A stretch of 64,000 bases of DNA from Ignavibacteriales bacterium (GTDB lineage: Bacteria > Bacteroidota > Ignavibacteria > UBA10030). The translations under genes were made by a program, and so were the position numbers. Where the stretch lies: contig JAPLFP010000355.1 in NCBI GenBank assembly GCA_026390585.1, positions 12,779 through 76,778 on the forward strand. Direction: 5' to 3'. The notes beneath the pieces are model-generated. The model did no database searches and was not told where the DNA came from. It saw nothing but the letters and a program-made list of their open reading frames with translations. This document shows positions 18,900 through 29,359 of this stretch, in pieces (position 1 is the stretch's first letter; each line of letters opens with the position of its first letter).

Positions 18900-21413
18900 T
18901 TACGGCCCGAATGGAGCGACGCTCGGCCGTAATGGTACCGCTTCTAGCCTCACTATTATCGACTCTTCTTTGAACCCATCAGACGATGCCTTCAGATCGA
19001 GCGTTCCAGCCTCCTTTATCGACTGGACAATGACCTGGCATTTTCCATTGAACAATCGCCGCCGGTATTGGCCGACAAGATACTTGTCAGGTTCGTGACT
19101 GCTTGGGTCACCGTTGCCAACGCCGATGATCTTGCCCATTCCCTTGAGGTCGAACCGGATGAGATTGTCCGCGACCGGCACTTCTCTTCCTTTGTCGTCA
19201 AGCGCTGTAACGGTCACAACAGTGACATCCTCCCCATCGGCTTGAATGAGAGTGCGATCCGCTACCATCTTGATCCTCACGGGTTGCCCCGTCGTTTCAA
19301 CTTTTCTCACCATCTGTTTACCGTTTCGCATCCCGCGAGCTTCAAGAATTCCGGGCTGGTAGGGAACCTTCCATTCAAGGTGAGAATTGAGCTCCATCGT
19401 TTTCTTCCCGAGGCTCTTGCCATTCAGGAAGAGTTCCACGCTTTCGCAATTGCTCTGGCACCACACATCGATCATCTGCCCTTCTTTCCCTCGCCAGTTC
19501 CAGTGCGGTGCAATGTGAAGAACATCCTTGTCAGACCACCACGACTGGTAATAGAAGAAGTTGTTCTTCGGAAAACCGCACACGTCCATGATACCAAAAT
19601 GCGAGTTGATGCAAGGCCAGCTGTAGGGAGTCGGCTCGCCGCGATAGTCGAAGCCGGTCCACACAAATGCTCCTGCAAGCCATTCCCTTGCGGCATAAAA
19701 TTTCCACCATTTTTCCGCGGTCGCCCCCCAACCCGGCGGGTAGAGATCGTAGTCGCACATGTACCCTCGTGCCGTGTCATTCGCGTAGATCCCTCTCGTG
19801 CACAACGTACTCGCCTCTTCGCTCCCCAGCAGAATCTGCTCGGGATGTTCCTTCCGGTACTTGTCGATATCACTTATGCTCATATAGTTGAAGCCGCGTA
19901 TCGGCAGTATGCCGTTGATGCCGTTGAACATGTTGCCATTGTTTGCAGCGTAGGTGTACAGACGCGTCGGATCGAGTTGTTTCAGCCGCACGATCAACGA
20001 TTGTGCGATCCGCTTGCCAATGTCTGTATTCTGAATGACCCATTCTTCGTTTCCCAGCGACCATAGGATGACCGACGGATGATTCCTGTCGCGGAGAACG
20101 AGCCTCTCGAATTGACCGATCAATTCCGGTGTACTTCCCATCAAACGGTTTTCGTCCAACACCAGCATACCGAGCTTATCGCACGCCTCGAGCAGCTCGT
20201 TCGTCGGTGGATTGTGACTCGTTCTGTACGCATTGCTTCCCATTTCCTTTAATCGCTCTATCCTGTAATACTGGAGTCGGTCAGGAAGAGCTGAACCGAC
20301 ACCCGCATGGTCCTGATGGTTGCACACACCCTTGATTTCCACCCGCTTGTCGTTGAGGAAAAGCCCCTTGTCTTTGTCGAAGTGGACGGTCCGGATGCCG
20401 AAGGCGGTTCTCACGCTGTCGACCGTCACACCGTGTGATCGGACAACGGAGACGAGCGTGTACAAGTGAGGTTGCTCGATTGACCAGAGGAGGGGATTAT
20501 TCACAGCCAGTTCACCGCGAACTGTCGTTCGCTCATTCGCCGGAACGGCAGTCTCTTTTGACGAAGACGCAGCAATTGTTCCGCGCTCGTCAATGACAAA
20601 CGAAGACAGAGTACATGGAGTGCCCGTTTCAGATGTGTTGATCACATCTGTTTCAGAGTACACCTGAGCCACATTCTTCGAGACAGCGGTGTGAACGAAG
20701 ATTCCATAATCCGGGATGTGTACGGGATCTGTCTTGATCAACCAGGTGTGGCGGTAAATGCCAGCCCCTTCGTAGAACCATCCTTCATATTGGCTGACAT
20801 CGACTCTTACAACGATGACGTTCTTCTGACCATATTGCAGATAATCTGTGATGTCATAGCTGAACTCCGAATAGCCGCTGAGGTTGTTCCCGAGGTAATG
20901 TCCGTTAAACCAGACGATGCAATCACGGAATACCCCATCGAATTTCACCTCCAGCCGGCGTCCTTCGTCCTCCTTCGGAACGAAGAAGGCACGCCGGTAC
21001 CAGCCGACGGTGGACTTCGCAAATTGCCGGCCAATTGGCTTGTAACCATGGCTTTTGACATCTTCGTCTTTCACGTTTACGAAATCCAGTTCCACCGCCC
21101 AGTCATGCGGCACATCAAGAGTACGCCACGTGCTGTCGTTGAAGTTGGGGTGAATTGCGCCGGCGGTCTCTCCCGCTTTCGCGAAGGTCGCTTGCACGCC
21201 GTACTCAAAATCATTTTTGGGATCGGAGGCATCACCGAGATGAAATTTCCAACCAGAATCGAGGAGGAGTTTTTCTCTGACGGCGTGAGGAGGGTTCAGT
21301 CCTAGTACGTCGGATGCACTTCTATTTTGAGTGAGGGAGAGTGAGGTCGAGAGAAGGCACAAGCTCATCAGGATTGCCATATGACGCAAGATACTTCCGG
21401 TTTTCGTAGCCAT
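18900..21413 (-). CDS. glycoside hydrolase family 2 (beta-galactosidase/beta-glucuronidase-like), secreted
   Basis: GH2 TIM-barrel motifs (NAYRTSHNPP, WSLGNEEW) and an N-terminal signal peptide. Confidence 0.8.
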   Translation of the reverse strand: MATKTGSILRHMAILMSLCLLSTSLSLTQNRSASDVLGLNPPHAVREKLLLDSGWKFHLGDASDPKNDFEYGVQATFAKAGETAGAIHPNFNDSTWRTLDVPHDWAVELDFVNVKDEDVKSHGYKPIGRQFAKSTVGWYRRAFFVPKEDEGRRLEVKFDGVFRDCIVWFNGHYLGNNLSGYSEFSYDITDYLQYGQKNVIVVRVDVSQYEGWFYEGAGIYRHTWLIKTDPVHIPDYGIFVHTAVSKNVAQVYSETDVINTSETGTPCTLSSFVIDERGTIAASSSKETAVPANERTTVRGELAVNNPLLWSIEQPHLYTLVSVVRSHGVTVDSVRTAFGIRTVHFDKDKGLFLNDKRVEIKGVCNHQDHAGVGSALPDRLQYYRIERLKEMGSNAYRTSHNPPTNELLEACDKLGMLVLDENRLMGSTPELIGQFERLVLRDRNHPSVILWSLGNEEWVIQNTDIGKRIAQSLIVRLKQLDPTRLYTYAANNGNMFNGINGILPIRGFNYMSISDIDKYRKEHPEQILLGSEEASTLCTRGIYANDTARGYMCDYDLYPPGWGATAEKWWKFYAAREWLAGAFVWTGFDYRGEPTPYSWPCINSHFGIMDVCGFPKNNFFYYQSWWSDKDVLHIAPHWNWRGKEGQMIDVWCQSNCESVELFLNGKSLGKKTMELNSHLEWKVPYQPGILEARGMRNGKQMVRKVETTGQPVRIKMVADRTLIQADGEDVTVVTVTALDDKGREVPVADNLIRFDLKGMGKIIGVGNGDPSSHEPDKYLVGQYRRRLFNGKCQVIVQSIKEAGTLDLKASSDGFKEESIIVRLEAVPLRPSVAPFGP

Positions 21414-21466
21414 GGCACGTTCGCCTTTCCACAGAGTATTTACGGAAAACCTCCTATTACCGGATC

Positions 21467-21916
21467 CTACACAATACGCTCAAGTTCTCCTTCGCCCATA
21501 TAGATAAGCGTGACGCCGATCTCTTTTGCGTACGCCGTTATTCTTTCGTCCTTGTAGAATTCCATGTAGTAGATGACCTTGATACCGCAGTTGACGACAA
21601 GCTTGAAGCACGCAAGACACGGAGAGGCGGTGACATAGAGCTCGGAATCGTTGATGGCAACGCCATTCTTCGCCGCCTGAGCTACGGCGTTCGCTTCGGC
21701 ATGAACCGTTCTCACGCAGTGACCGTTATCGATATCATGGCCCACGTCGTCGCAGTGTGCTGCTCCCCGCAGACTGCCGTTGTATCCGGTCGAGAGGATC
21801 GTCCGGTCCCTCACAATAACCGCACCGATGTGTTTTCGATCGCAGGTGCTGCGAGTGGCCACCTGTTCAGCGATTTTCATGAAGTACTCATGCCATTCTA
21901 TTCGTTTGTCATCCAT
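21467..21916 (-). CDS. dCMP deaminase / ComEB-type cytidine-deoxycytidylate deaminase
   Basis: HAEANA and PCLACFK zinc-binding motifs. Confidence 0.85.
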   Translation of the reverse strand: MDDKRIEWHEYFMKIAEQVATRSTCDRKHIGAVIVRDRTILSTGYNGSLRGAAHCDDVGHDIDNGHCVRTVHAEANAVAQAAKNGVAINDSELYVTASPCLACFKLVVNCGIKVIYYMEFYKDERITAYAKEIGVTLIYMGEGELERIV

Positions 21917-22483
21917 GGAGGTGCCTCTCTGTGCGGCAAGATTGTTGCAGGTAAGAACCCCGACTTCTCATATTGACCCTGTCGTAGAAGTCGGGATTCT
22001 ACACTTAGCAGGATTGATTCGACCTGCCAATGATATTCAAACAATGGACTGAAAGCAAGGAGCGTGCTGTGTGTGGTTGATCGGCAATTAGTCATTTCGT
22101 GAAGAGAGGATGGAGCCCAGGTTGGTTTCGGAGTTCTATTTACGCCTTAAGTGTCACGCTCACACCCCAGAAGACATCACCACGAGGACCAGCGTTGGCA
22201 CAACTGAGAAAAGACTCCGGTGAGGAACTTGACTTTCTCAGCTGAGAACTCTAGATTTGCATTGTCGTTTCAAACAGGGAGAGTACCTACCTACATTTTG
22301 CCACGCTGTTAGTTCGCTTCACGTTTTCATAGAAGGCATTTATCTCACTTCTGGAGGCATCGCTCCGTTCTTGCTAACGCTTTGGCACTTTTGCGACCAA
22401 ACGCCATTTCATTCCACTCAATGAGCAAGGGAGCGCTTATGACCATCATCACCTGTCCGACCTTTGCCGGGACACAGAATAGC

Positions 22484-24664
22484 ATGCGTCGTGCCGTTGT
22501 TGTTTCGTTTGCGACTTTCATCGTGGTATTCGGGAGCCTCGCTCAAGATCACGCGACGGTCTGGGGTGTCGTGTCCGACGCTGCAACAAACCAGCCCATC
22601 TCTCAAGTCAATATTACGCTTCAGAATCAGAAGAGCGGAACGTCCACGGACTCTTTGGGGAAGTATGTATTGCATGTCACGCCAGGTGTTCAATCGATCA
22701 GATTCAGTCACATCGGCTATCGGGTGGGGCTATCCACCGTTACGATTGACGTCGGAGAATCTCTACGCGTTGACATGACTCTCAACGCGACATCCATACC
22801 GCTCGACGAGGTGACGGTGATTGCGGATTCGCTTCCCGTCTCGCGAATACGGTCGCTCGGCGCAATCGTCTTCTCACCGATCAAGTTGCAGAATATTTCC
22901 GGAGCATTTGGAGACATTGGCAAATCGCTCCAGATCATGCCGGGAGTGACCTCAAACAATGAGATGTCAAGCCAGTTTAACGTTCGCGGCGGAACGATGT
23001 TTGAAAACCTTCTTCTTCTGAATGGAATAGAACTGATCGAGCCCTATCATTTGAAGGAATCCCCGAATACCAGTCTCGGTATCTTTAATGTGTCACTTCT
23101 CAATCGTGCGCTTTTCGTCCCGGGGGGATTTACTGCGCGCTACGGTGATCGGCTGTCGGCCGTTGTCGATCTGGAGCAGCGCGAAGGAAGAATAGACAGG
23201 TTTGGAGCGCTATTGGATCTTTCGCTTTCCGACGTCATGGCCGTTGTAGAAGGACCGATTGCCAAGAACGGCAGCGCCCTCTTGAGTTTCCGTTCGTCAT
23301 ACAGCGACTTCGTTGCGAGGTACTTGACTGATCAGAACCAACGATGGCCAACGTTTTATGATTTCAACGGATCTGTCGCCCTGGAACCCTGGAAAGGCCA
23401 TCGCCTTGCGGTGCAGATTCTCCATTCGCTAGATCAAACACACGGTCTCTCCGAAGGAGAATACAGCACTACGCTGATCGGCATCCATGGCGCATCGAGC
23501 ATCAATCCCTTTCTGATGGTTCACAGTTCGCTCTCCTTCTCCCGGCAATATGAAGACCTCCGTCGAAGCGCAAGTATCGTGATGAATGATGCAGTGAATT
23601 GGTCGAGAGATAGTGCGCGAATCGTTCTCGCCGAAGCAAAAGTCCATCTCGATGCGAAGTTAAGCGATGCCTATTCTCTTGCCACCGGTTTCCGGGTTCA
23701 AAGCTGCAACTATGACGGTATCCGAAACGAGTCTCTGCGTATCGATAGCATCGATCAGTTCCTTAAGGGATCTCTCGACAAAGCGGTGATCAAGACCGCA
23801 TTGTACGCTGAGAACATCGTGCAACTGACACGGGACCTTCTCGTCAATGCAGGATTGCGTTGCGATGTCTTCTCATTGACCCATGAGGTCAAGATGGCGC
23901 CGAGGATCCTCGTGTCGTATCAAGCAGGCGAACGAACGTTTCTCAAAGCCGCGTCCGGGCTTTACTACCAAACCCCAACGTATTATCAACTGCTTGCTGC
24001 CAATCAGGCCGGCGAACAGCCTCAGCGGATGCAGCGAGCCATTCACTACCTGATCGGCGTCGAAAGGACACTTGAGAAGGGCATGCGAGTGCACGCGGAG
24101 ATTTACTTCAAGCAACTCGATGCATTGATTTCCTATGCCCGGTTGCGAAGCGGAGATTTTGTCTATTCGCCACGCAACGACTCACGCGGTGAGATCAAGG
24201 GGGTTGACTTGGAAGCGTTGTTTAGTGACGATCGAGTGACCGGGTGGTTGAGTGTCTCGTGGATGGACGCAAAAGAAGTGAAGGACGGTCCGGGAGAGAA
24301 ATGGCATCTTCGACCGACCAGTCAACGCTTGACTCTCAACTTCGTATTCGAGCCCCGACTTGCGGAGAACTGGGTGCTGAGTCTCAGGTCATTGTATGGT
24401 ACCGGGTTTGCTTATGCAAATGATTTGCCCGGAACAAAGTATTACCAAATAAACCATTACCCCGACTACAAGCGAATCGATTTACGCTTGAATTATTCTT
24501 TCGAGGCTGGGCGAGTGCGGTCGACCACCTTTGTTGAAATCACAAACCTGTTTTCAATGCGAAACGTGCTCTCATTCCAGGGTACGCTCAACGACCCGAC
24601 AACGCCAGACTACACACTGCTCCTCCCGATGATTATCAATGTCGGGATGAAGTTCGAGTACTGA
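22484..24664 (+). CDS. TonB-dependent outer-membrane receptor with N-terminal CarboxypepD_reg-like domain
   Basis: signal peptide, a carboxypeptidase-regulatory-like beta-sandwich, a plug region, and a C-terminal ...GMKFEY beta-barrel terminus. Confidence 0.7.
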   Translation: MRRAVVVSFATFIVVFGSLAQDHATVWGVVSDAATNQPISQVNITLQNQKSGTSTDSLGKYVLHVTPGVQSIRFSHIGYRVGLSTVTIDVGESLRVDMTLNATSIPLDEVTVIADSLPVSRIRSLGAIVFSPIKLQNISGAFGDIGKSLQIMPGVTSNNEMSSQFNVRGGTMFENLLLLNGIELIEPYHLKESPNTSLGIFNVSLLNRALFVPGGFTARYGDRLSAVVDLEQREGRIDRFGALLDLSLSDVMAVVEGPIAKNGSALLSFRSSYSDFVARYLTDQNQRWPTFYDFNGSVALEPWKGHRLAVQILHSLDQTHGLSEGEYSTTLIGIHGASSINPFLMVHSSLSFSRQYEDLRRSASIVMNDAVNWSRDSARIVLAEAKVHLDAKLSDAYSLATGFRVQSCNYDGIRNESLRIDSIDQFLKGSLDKAVIKTALYAENIVQLTRDLLVNAGLRCDVFSLTHEVKMAPRILVSYQAGERTFLKAASGLYYQTPTYYQLLAANQAGEQPQRMQRAIHYLIGVERTLEKGMRVHAEIYFKQLDALISYARLRSGDFVYSPRNDSRGEIKGVDLEALFSDDRVTGWLSVSWMDAKEVKDGPGEKWHLRPTSQRLTLNFVFEPRLAENWVLSLRSLYGTGFAYANDLPGTKYYQINHYPDYKRIDLRLNYSFEAGRVRSTTFVEITNLFSMRNVLSFQGTLNDPTTPDYTLLLPMIINVGMKFEY

Positions 24665-24765
24665 GCCACGAATAAGAGATGTCCCTTCCATTTGTGGCAT
24701 TAGACGCGTATCTTAGACACCGTTGTTTCACTGAACCAAGCCCTCATCAGACCTGAAGCAGAACT

Positions 24766-25476
24766 ATGGGAAGAATATTCGAGAAACGTAAACACAAGAT
24801 GTTTGCGAGATTCGACCGTATGTCGAAGGCATTCAACCGGATCGGGAGAGAAATTGAAATTGCCGTGAAGGCTGGCACGGCCGACCCGAAACTGAACCCG
24901 CGACTGCGCATGGCAATTCAGAATGCGCGTAGCGTCAATATGCCGAAAGACCGCATTGAAGCGGCGATCAAGCGGGCATCGTCCAAGGAGACTGCGGGAT
25001 ACCAGGAAGTATTCTATGAAGGGTACGGGCCGCACGGAATCGCCATCCTCGTAGAGTGCGCTACCGATAACCCCACCAGGACCGTTGCAAACATCCGCGT
25101 CGCCTTCTCCCGCCATCAAGGGACCCTCGGATCGAGCGGCTCCATCGCTTTCATGTTCGAGCGCAAAGGCGTCTTCCGGGTTGCCACCGCGAAGATCCCA
25201 AACCTCGACGAGTTTGAGCTGGAGATGATCGATCACGGACTGGAAGATCTCGTTCACCAGGAAGGGGACGTATTCATCTACACATCGTTCCAGGACTTTG
25301 GGAAGATGGCGAAAGCGCTGGAAGAGAAAGGTGTCGATGTGACCACAACGGAGCTCCAGTACGTTCCGACATCTACGAAGGAACTCTCCGAGGCTGAGGC
25401 AAAAGAAGTTCAGGAACTGATCGACAAGATCGAGGAAGACGACGACGTGCAATCAGTGTTTACATCAATGGGGTAA
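24766..25476 (+). CDS. yebC: YebC/PmpR family transcriptional regulator
   Basis: GKIFTKL-like N-terminus, NPRLR, and NMPKDRIE motifs of the DUF28/YebC family. Confidence 0.85.
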   Translation: MGRIFEKRKHKMFARFDRMSKAFNRIGREIEIAVKAGTADPKLNPRLRMAIQNARSVNMPKDRIEAAIKRASSKETAGYQEVFYEGYGPHGIAILVECATDNPTRTVANIRVAFSRHQGTLGSSGSIAFMFERKGVFRVATAKIPNLDEFELEMIDHGLEDLVHQEGDVFIYTSFQDFGKMAKALEEKGVDVTTTELQYVPTSTKELSEAEAKEVQELIDKIEEDDDVQSVFTSMG

Positions 25477-25477
25477 C

Positions 25478-25560
25478 CACGTCAAACTCGAAACTGAAAG
25501 TCCGAAACGACAAGGAAAAGTCAAAAACAAAGTTCAAATCGAAGTGCTTTGGCAAAGAGT
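25478..25560. repeat. A/T-rich left arm of IVS-like inverted repeat flanking four-helix-bundle gene
   Basis: cgaaactgaaagtccgaaacgacaaggaaaagtcaaaaacaaagttcaaatcgaag; approximate reverse complement of 26016-26085. Confidence 0.5.
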
Positions 25561-25650
25561 AACTTCGCAATTCGATTGACCGACTTTTCGTCATCGACCT
25601 AATCCTCCTCAAAATCTCCTATATTCTGCCGGACATTCTCAGGAACTCGA

Positions 25651-26013
25651 ATGGATCAGACAGAATCGCCCCACCCATACGATCTGGAAGACCGGACCCT
25701 TCGATTCGCAAAAGCTGTGTTCGCATTCGTGCGCACACTTCCACCTTCCGTCGCAAACATTGAAGTTTCGAAACAACTGGTTCGATCCGCGGGTTCAGTT
25801 GGCGCCAACTACATCGAAGCCACTGAATCACTCGGAAAGAAAGACTTCTTAATGAAAGTGAAAATTTCCAGACGAGAAGCAAAGGAAAGCCGGTATTGGC
25901 TTGAGCTGGTGCACAGCGGACCAGATGAAGCGAGCGCGCAAGAAAGGCTCATCAATGAATCCGTCCAGTTGATGAAAATCTTCGGAGCAATTATCAGAAA
26001 CCGGCAATCCTAG
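25651..26013 (+). CDS. four-helix-bundle protein (23S rRNA intervening-sequence protein family, TIGR02436/PF05635-like)
   Basis: GANYIEA and REAKESRYWLEL signature residues of the family. Confidence 0.8.
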   Translation: MDQTESPHPYDLEDRTLRFAKAVFAFVRTLPPSVANIEVSKQLVRSAGSVGANYIEATESLGKKDFLMKVKISRREAKESRYWLELVHSGPDEASAQERLINESVQLMKIFGAIIRNRQS

Positions 26014-26015
26014 CT

Positions 26016-26085
26016 CTTGGTTTTTGAAATTTTGAGCTTCCTTTTGTTTTTCGATCTTCGGATTTGATTTTTCGCAGTGTGGATT
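26016..26085. repeat. A/T-rich right arm of IVS-like inverted repeat
   Basis: ctcttggtttttgaaattttgagcttccttttgtttttcgatcttcggatttgatttttcg; reverse complement resembles 25478-25560. Confidence 0.5.
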
Positions 26086-26094
26086 GATTGGGAG

Positions 26095-26135
26095 CAACAA
26101 AAAAAAGCCCCACACTTGTGAGGCCCTTTGTCCTA
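26095..26135 (-). terminator. rho-independent terminator of the oxidoreductase operon
   Basis: on the minus strand, ggcctcacaagtgtggggc followed by a T8 run. Confidence 0.6.
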
Positions 26136-26175
26136 CCAGACCAGCCGCCGATGTGAACCGACGACTGCAAGATTC

Positions 26176-26745
26176 TTACGCCAAAACCTTCTCAGGTTCC
26201 CCCTTCAATAGTTTCAGTCCGTACTCATATCCCTTCTCAAAGGCGGCGAAGTTAAGTTCTTCCGTCCCTTTGGGGACAGAGACCTTCACGGCATTCCGTG
26301 CAGCTTCGCGGCCCACGATGTTGGTGATCGCCGTCGCGAAACCGAGCATCACAATGTTCAGCACAAGCCGTTTTCCAAGTTCCTCTGCGAAGCGGGTCGC
26401 CGGAATCGAATAGTGCTTGACGTCGCTCCGAAGATTGTGCGTCGCAACCAGATCCTCTTCGGTGAGGAGCATCCCGCCCGGCGCAAGCTCGGGAGAGAAT
26501 TTCGAGTACGCTTCCTGCGACATCAAAACCATCACATTCGGCGCCACGATGTACGGATAGGTGATCGGCTCATCCGAGATGATCAACTGTGCACTCGTTG
26601 CACTACCACGCGCCTCAGGCCCAAATGCCTGAATCATGGTCGCATTTTTGTTATCGAAGATGGAAGCCGCTCTTCCAAGAATATATCCGCTGAGAATGAC
26701 TCCCTGACCTCCAAAACCTCCAATTTTAATCTCGGTCCTAGGCAT
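26176..26745 (-). CDS. 2-oxoacid:ferredoxin oxidoreductase, gamma subunit
   Basis: MPRTEIKIGGFGGQGV N-terminus typical of POR/KOR gamma. Confidence 0.85.
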   Translation of the reverse strand: MPRTEIKIGGFGGQGVILSGYILGRAASIFDNKNATMIQAFGPEARGSATSAQLIISDEPITYPYIVAPNVMVLMSQEAYSKFSPELAPGGMLLTEEDLVATHNLRSDVKHYSIPATRFAEELGKRLVLNIVMLGFATAITNIVGREAARNAVKVSVPKGTEELNFAAFEKGYEYGLKLLKGEPEKVLA

Positions 26746-27640
26746 GGAATACCTTCCTCATTTCTTCAGAGGGAACGTATCGGTCCCCGAATTTCTTCTG
26801 ATAATGTTGGTTCATCGCTTGCAGATAGGTCGGTCGTTCTTTGTCGACGAACTTGCCAACGACGATGTCGCCCTGGAACTCGAGCGCTACAGTCTTCGTA
26901 TCGGCTCCGTTCTTGATCTGGCTGTGGTCACGATAAAACTCCATCTGGTCGAGGCCATCTCCAAGTTTGTTGCGGCGGCTGTAGAGCGTCGGGCACGGGG
27001 CCAGGATCTCGATGAACGAAAAGCCCTTCTTCGCCAACGCCTCCTTGATGGATTTCGTCAGATGTCTGACGTGATGGGCTGTCCATCGTGCCACATAAAC
27101 GGCTCCGCATGACTCCGCAAGAAACGGCAAATTGAAAGTCTCCTCGAAGTTGCCATGCGGCGTGGTGGATGCTGTTGCTCCGACGGGCGTTGTCGGTGCC
27201 ACCTGTCCACCTGTCATTCCATAAATCATATTATTGATCAGGATGACCGTGATATCCATGTTGCGACGCGCAGCGTGGATGAAGTGATTGCCGCCGATCG
27301 CTGTGAGATCACCGTCGCCGCTGTAGACCACGACCTTCAACTCTGGATTGGCCAGCTTGAGACCTGTGGCAAAGGGTATCGCCCGACCGTGCGTTGTGTG
27401 AAAGGAATCCAGGTTCATATAGCCCGCCACACGTCCCGTGCAGCCAATCCCAGAAACCATCGCTACCTTGTCGAGATCCAGTCCGCTGGTCTGTAGAGCG
27501 CGCACGAAACAGTTCACCGTTGTGCCGATCCCGCAGCCCGGACACCAAATGTGCGGCATCCGATCCATCCGGAGGTACTCTTCAATCGGATTCGCCGGGA
27601 TATTGGCTTCTATTTCATAAAGTTCTTCTGGCATGATCAC
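26738..27640 (-). CDS. 2-oxoacid:ferredoxin oxidoreductase, beta (TPP-binding) subunit
   Basis: TPP-binding GDG motif and a conserved Cys cluster; overlaps its operon neighbours. Confidence 0.85.
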   Translation of the reverse strand: MIMPEELYEIEANIPANPIEEYLRMDRMPHIWCPGCGIGTTVNCFVRALQTSGLDLDKVAMVSGIGCTGRVAGYMNLDSFHTTHGRAIPFATGLKLANPELKVVVYSGDGDLTAIGGNHFIHAARRNMDITVILINNMIYGMTGGQVAPTTPVGATASTTPHGNFEETFNLPFLAESCGAVYVARWTAHHVRHLTKSIKEALAKKGFSFIEILAPCPTLYSRRNKLGDGLDQMEFYRDHSQIKNGADTKTVALEFQGDIVVGKFVDKERPTYLQAMNQHYQKKFGDRYVPSEEMRKVFHA

Positions 27641-28806
27641 TTCCCTCGAATAGATTTTTCAATTGCCGCCAGGATATCCTTCGGCTGATGAACTGTTCCG
27701 CCGGCGTGGGGAACGGAAACGATGTTACACTTCCCTGCTGCGCAGCGCTCGACTTCATACACCATCTGGCCCATGTTCAATTCGGGCACGACAATCGACT
27801 TCACACGCCCGGCCAGCTCTCTGATGCGTTTCTCGGGAAACGGCCAGCACACAATAAGTCGGAGATGTCCAACCTTCAACCCTTTGGCCCTTGCCTGCTC
27901 GATCGCCGGAATGGCTGTTCGTGATGTGATCCCATACGTCACGACGACAATATCCGCCCCCTCGATGTTCTCTTCTTCGTACTTGATGATGTCGTCGGCA
28001 TGCAGCCGAATTTTGTCCATCAGTCGTTGGACGAGTTTCCCCTGCGCACTGACGGACATGTTGGGATATCCCTTTTCGTCGTGAGTCAATCCCGTCACGT
28101 GAATCCGGTAGCCGTCGCCGGCTTTCACCATCATCGGAACAAGATCCCTCCCCGCTTCGAATGGGAGGTAATTCTCTTTCGGTCCTTCATACACTTTTCG
28201 ATTGTGCACTTCAATCTTTTCCGCCGCTGGGATGACGACTCGTTCGATCATGTGACCGACACATTCGTCCATCATCATCATGACTGGAACACGATAGCGC
28301 TCGGAGAGGTTGAATGCGTGGATCGTGAGGTCAAAACATTCTTGCGGAGAGTTGGGTGCAATGGCGATGATCTGATAGTCCCCATGCGAACCCCAGCGCG
28401 CCTGCATCATGTCGCCCTGGGCGGGCATGGTCGGCAAGCCGGTGGACGGACCCGCACGCTGAACGTCAACGAACACACACGGAGTCTCGGTCATAGCAGC
28501 GAGTCCAATGTGTTCCATCATCAGCGAGAAGCCGGGACCGGACGTTACCGTCATTGCTTTCTTGCCGCCCCAGACTGCTCCCTGGATGGCGATGGATGAT
28601 GCGATTTCATCTTCCATTTGAATGAAGACTCCACCGACGAACGGAAAGCGATCCGCAATTCGTTCGACAACTTCCGTCGATGGTGTGATGGGGTATCCGG
28701 CAACGAACCGACAGCCTGCTGCGATTGCTCCTTCGCTGCACGCGTGGTCACCATCGATGAAATGAGCTCCCGTGAGAACTCCAATTGGATCTGCGTGCAC
28801 GATCAA
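27637..28806 (-). CDS. 2-oxoacid:ferredoxin oxidoreductase, alpha subunit
   Basis: 389 aa; POR/KOR alpha domain architecture. Confidence 0.85.
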   Translation of the reverse strand: MIVHADPIGVLTGAHFIDGDHACSEGAIAAGCRFVAGYPITPSTEVVERIADRFPFVGGVFIQMEDEIASSIAIQGAVWGGKKAMTVTSGPGFSLMMEHIGLAAMTETPCVFVDVQRAGPSTGLPTMPAQGDMMQARWGSHGDYQIIAIAPNSPQECFDLTIHAFNLSERYRVPVMMMMDECVGHMIERVVIPAAEKIEVHNRKVYEGPKENYLPFEAGRDLVPMMVKAGDGYRIHVTGLTHDEKGYPNMSVSAQGKLVQRLMDKIRLHADDIIKYEEENIEGADIVVVTYGITSRTAIPAIEQARAKGLKVGHLRLIVCWPFPEKRIRELAGRVKSIVVPELNMGQMVYEVERCAAGKCNIVSVPHAGGTVHQPKDILAAIEKSIRGK

Positions 28807-29066
28807 GCCTCCTTGGTTTTCTTCTTCATGATGTAGCCATAGATTGCAAAATCAGGACAGACCATTCCGCAAATGTCGCATCCGGTGCATTGATCACGCT
28901 TCACCAGAATTGGTGTGTGGTAGCCTTTCGAATTATATTCGCTCGCGAGTTCCAGCACTTCGGGAGGGCAAAACTCAACGCAGAATCCGCAACCCTTGCA
29001 TCGCTCTGCCGAGATGACAACACTCCCTTTTGCAGCTTTTTTTGTCTGTTCTGCTACTTCGGCCAT
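28803..29066 (-). CDS. 2-oxoacid:ferredoxin oxidoreductase, delta subunit (2x[4Fe-4S] ferredoxin)
   Basis: CKGCGFCVEFCP and CTGCDICGMVCP motifs; start likely at MAEVAEQ (29066) rather than the ORF-track start. Confidence 0.7.
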   Translation of the reverse strand: MAEVAEQTKKAAKGSVVISAERCKGCGFCVEFCPPEVLELASEYNSKGYHTPILVKRDQCTGCDICGMVCPDFAIYGYIMKKKTKEA

Positions 29067-29359
29067 ATCTGCTTTCCCTTTTGGATTTTTGGGTCTTAAA
29101 AATGATACAATATGTATGCCGACCGAAATTCTGGCCGTTTCATGCATTTTGGCAAACAGAAGGAGGCTTGAAGTGTCGGAATTCCTATTTCTGGAAATGG
29201 GAATCCGAATCATAGGTTTGCCGGGGAATCAGAGGCACATTTGGAACGGTGTTCAGCAACTGCGCAGCATAGTCTCGCCACAAGGGCACAAAGACACCAA
29301 GCAAAGTATTTCAGATTTTCAATTCTCTATTTGTGTCCTCGTGTCTTCGCGGCACGTCA

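Noticed and set aside
22100-22480. Possible TPP or cobalamin riboswitch upstream of the TonB-dependent receptor (CUGAGA and CCAGCG fragments present)
   Set aside because: The conserved elements occur in the wrong order and spacing for the THI-box. The B12 box (GCCACUG) is absent. Only generic hairpins are present.
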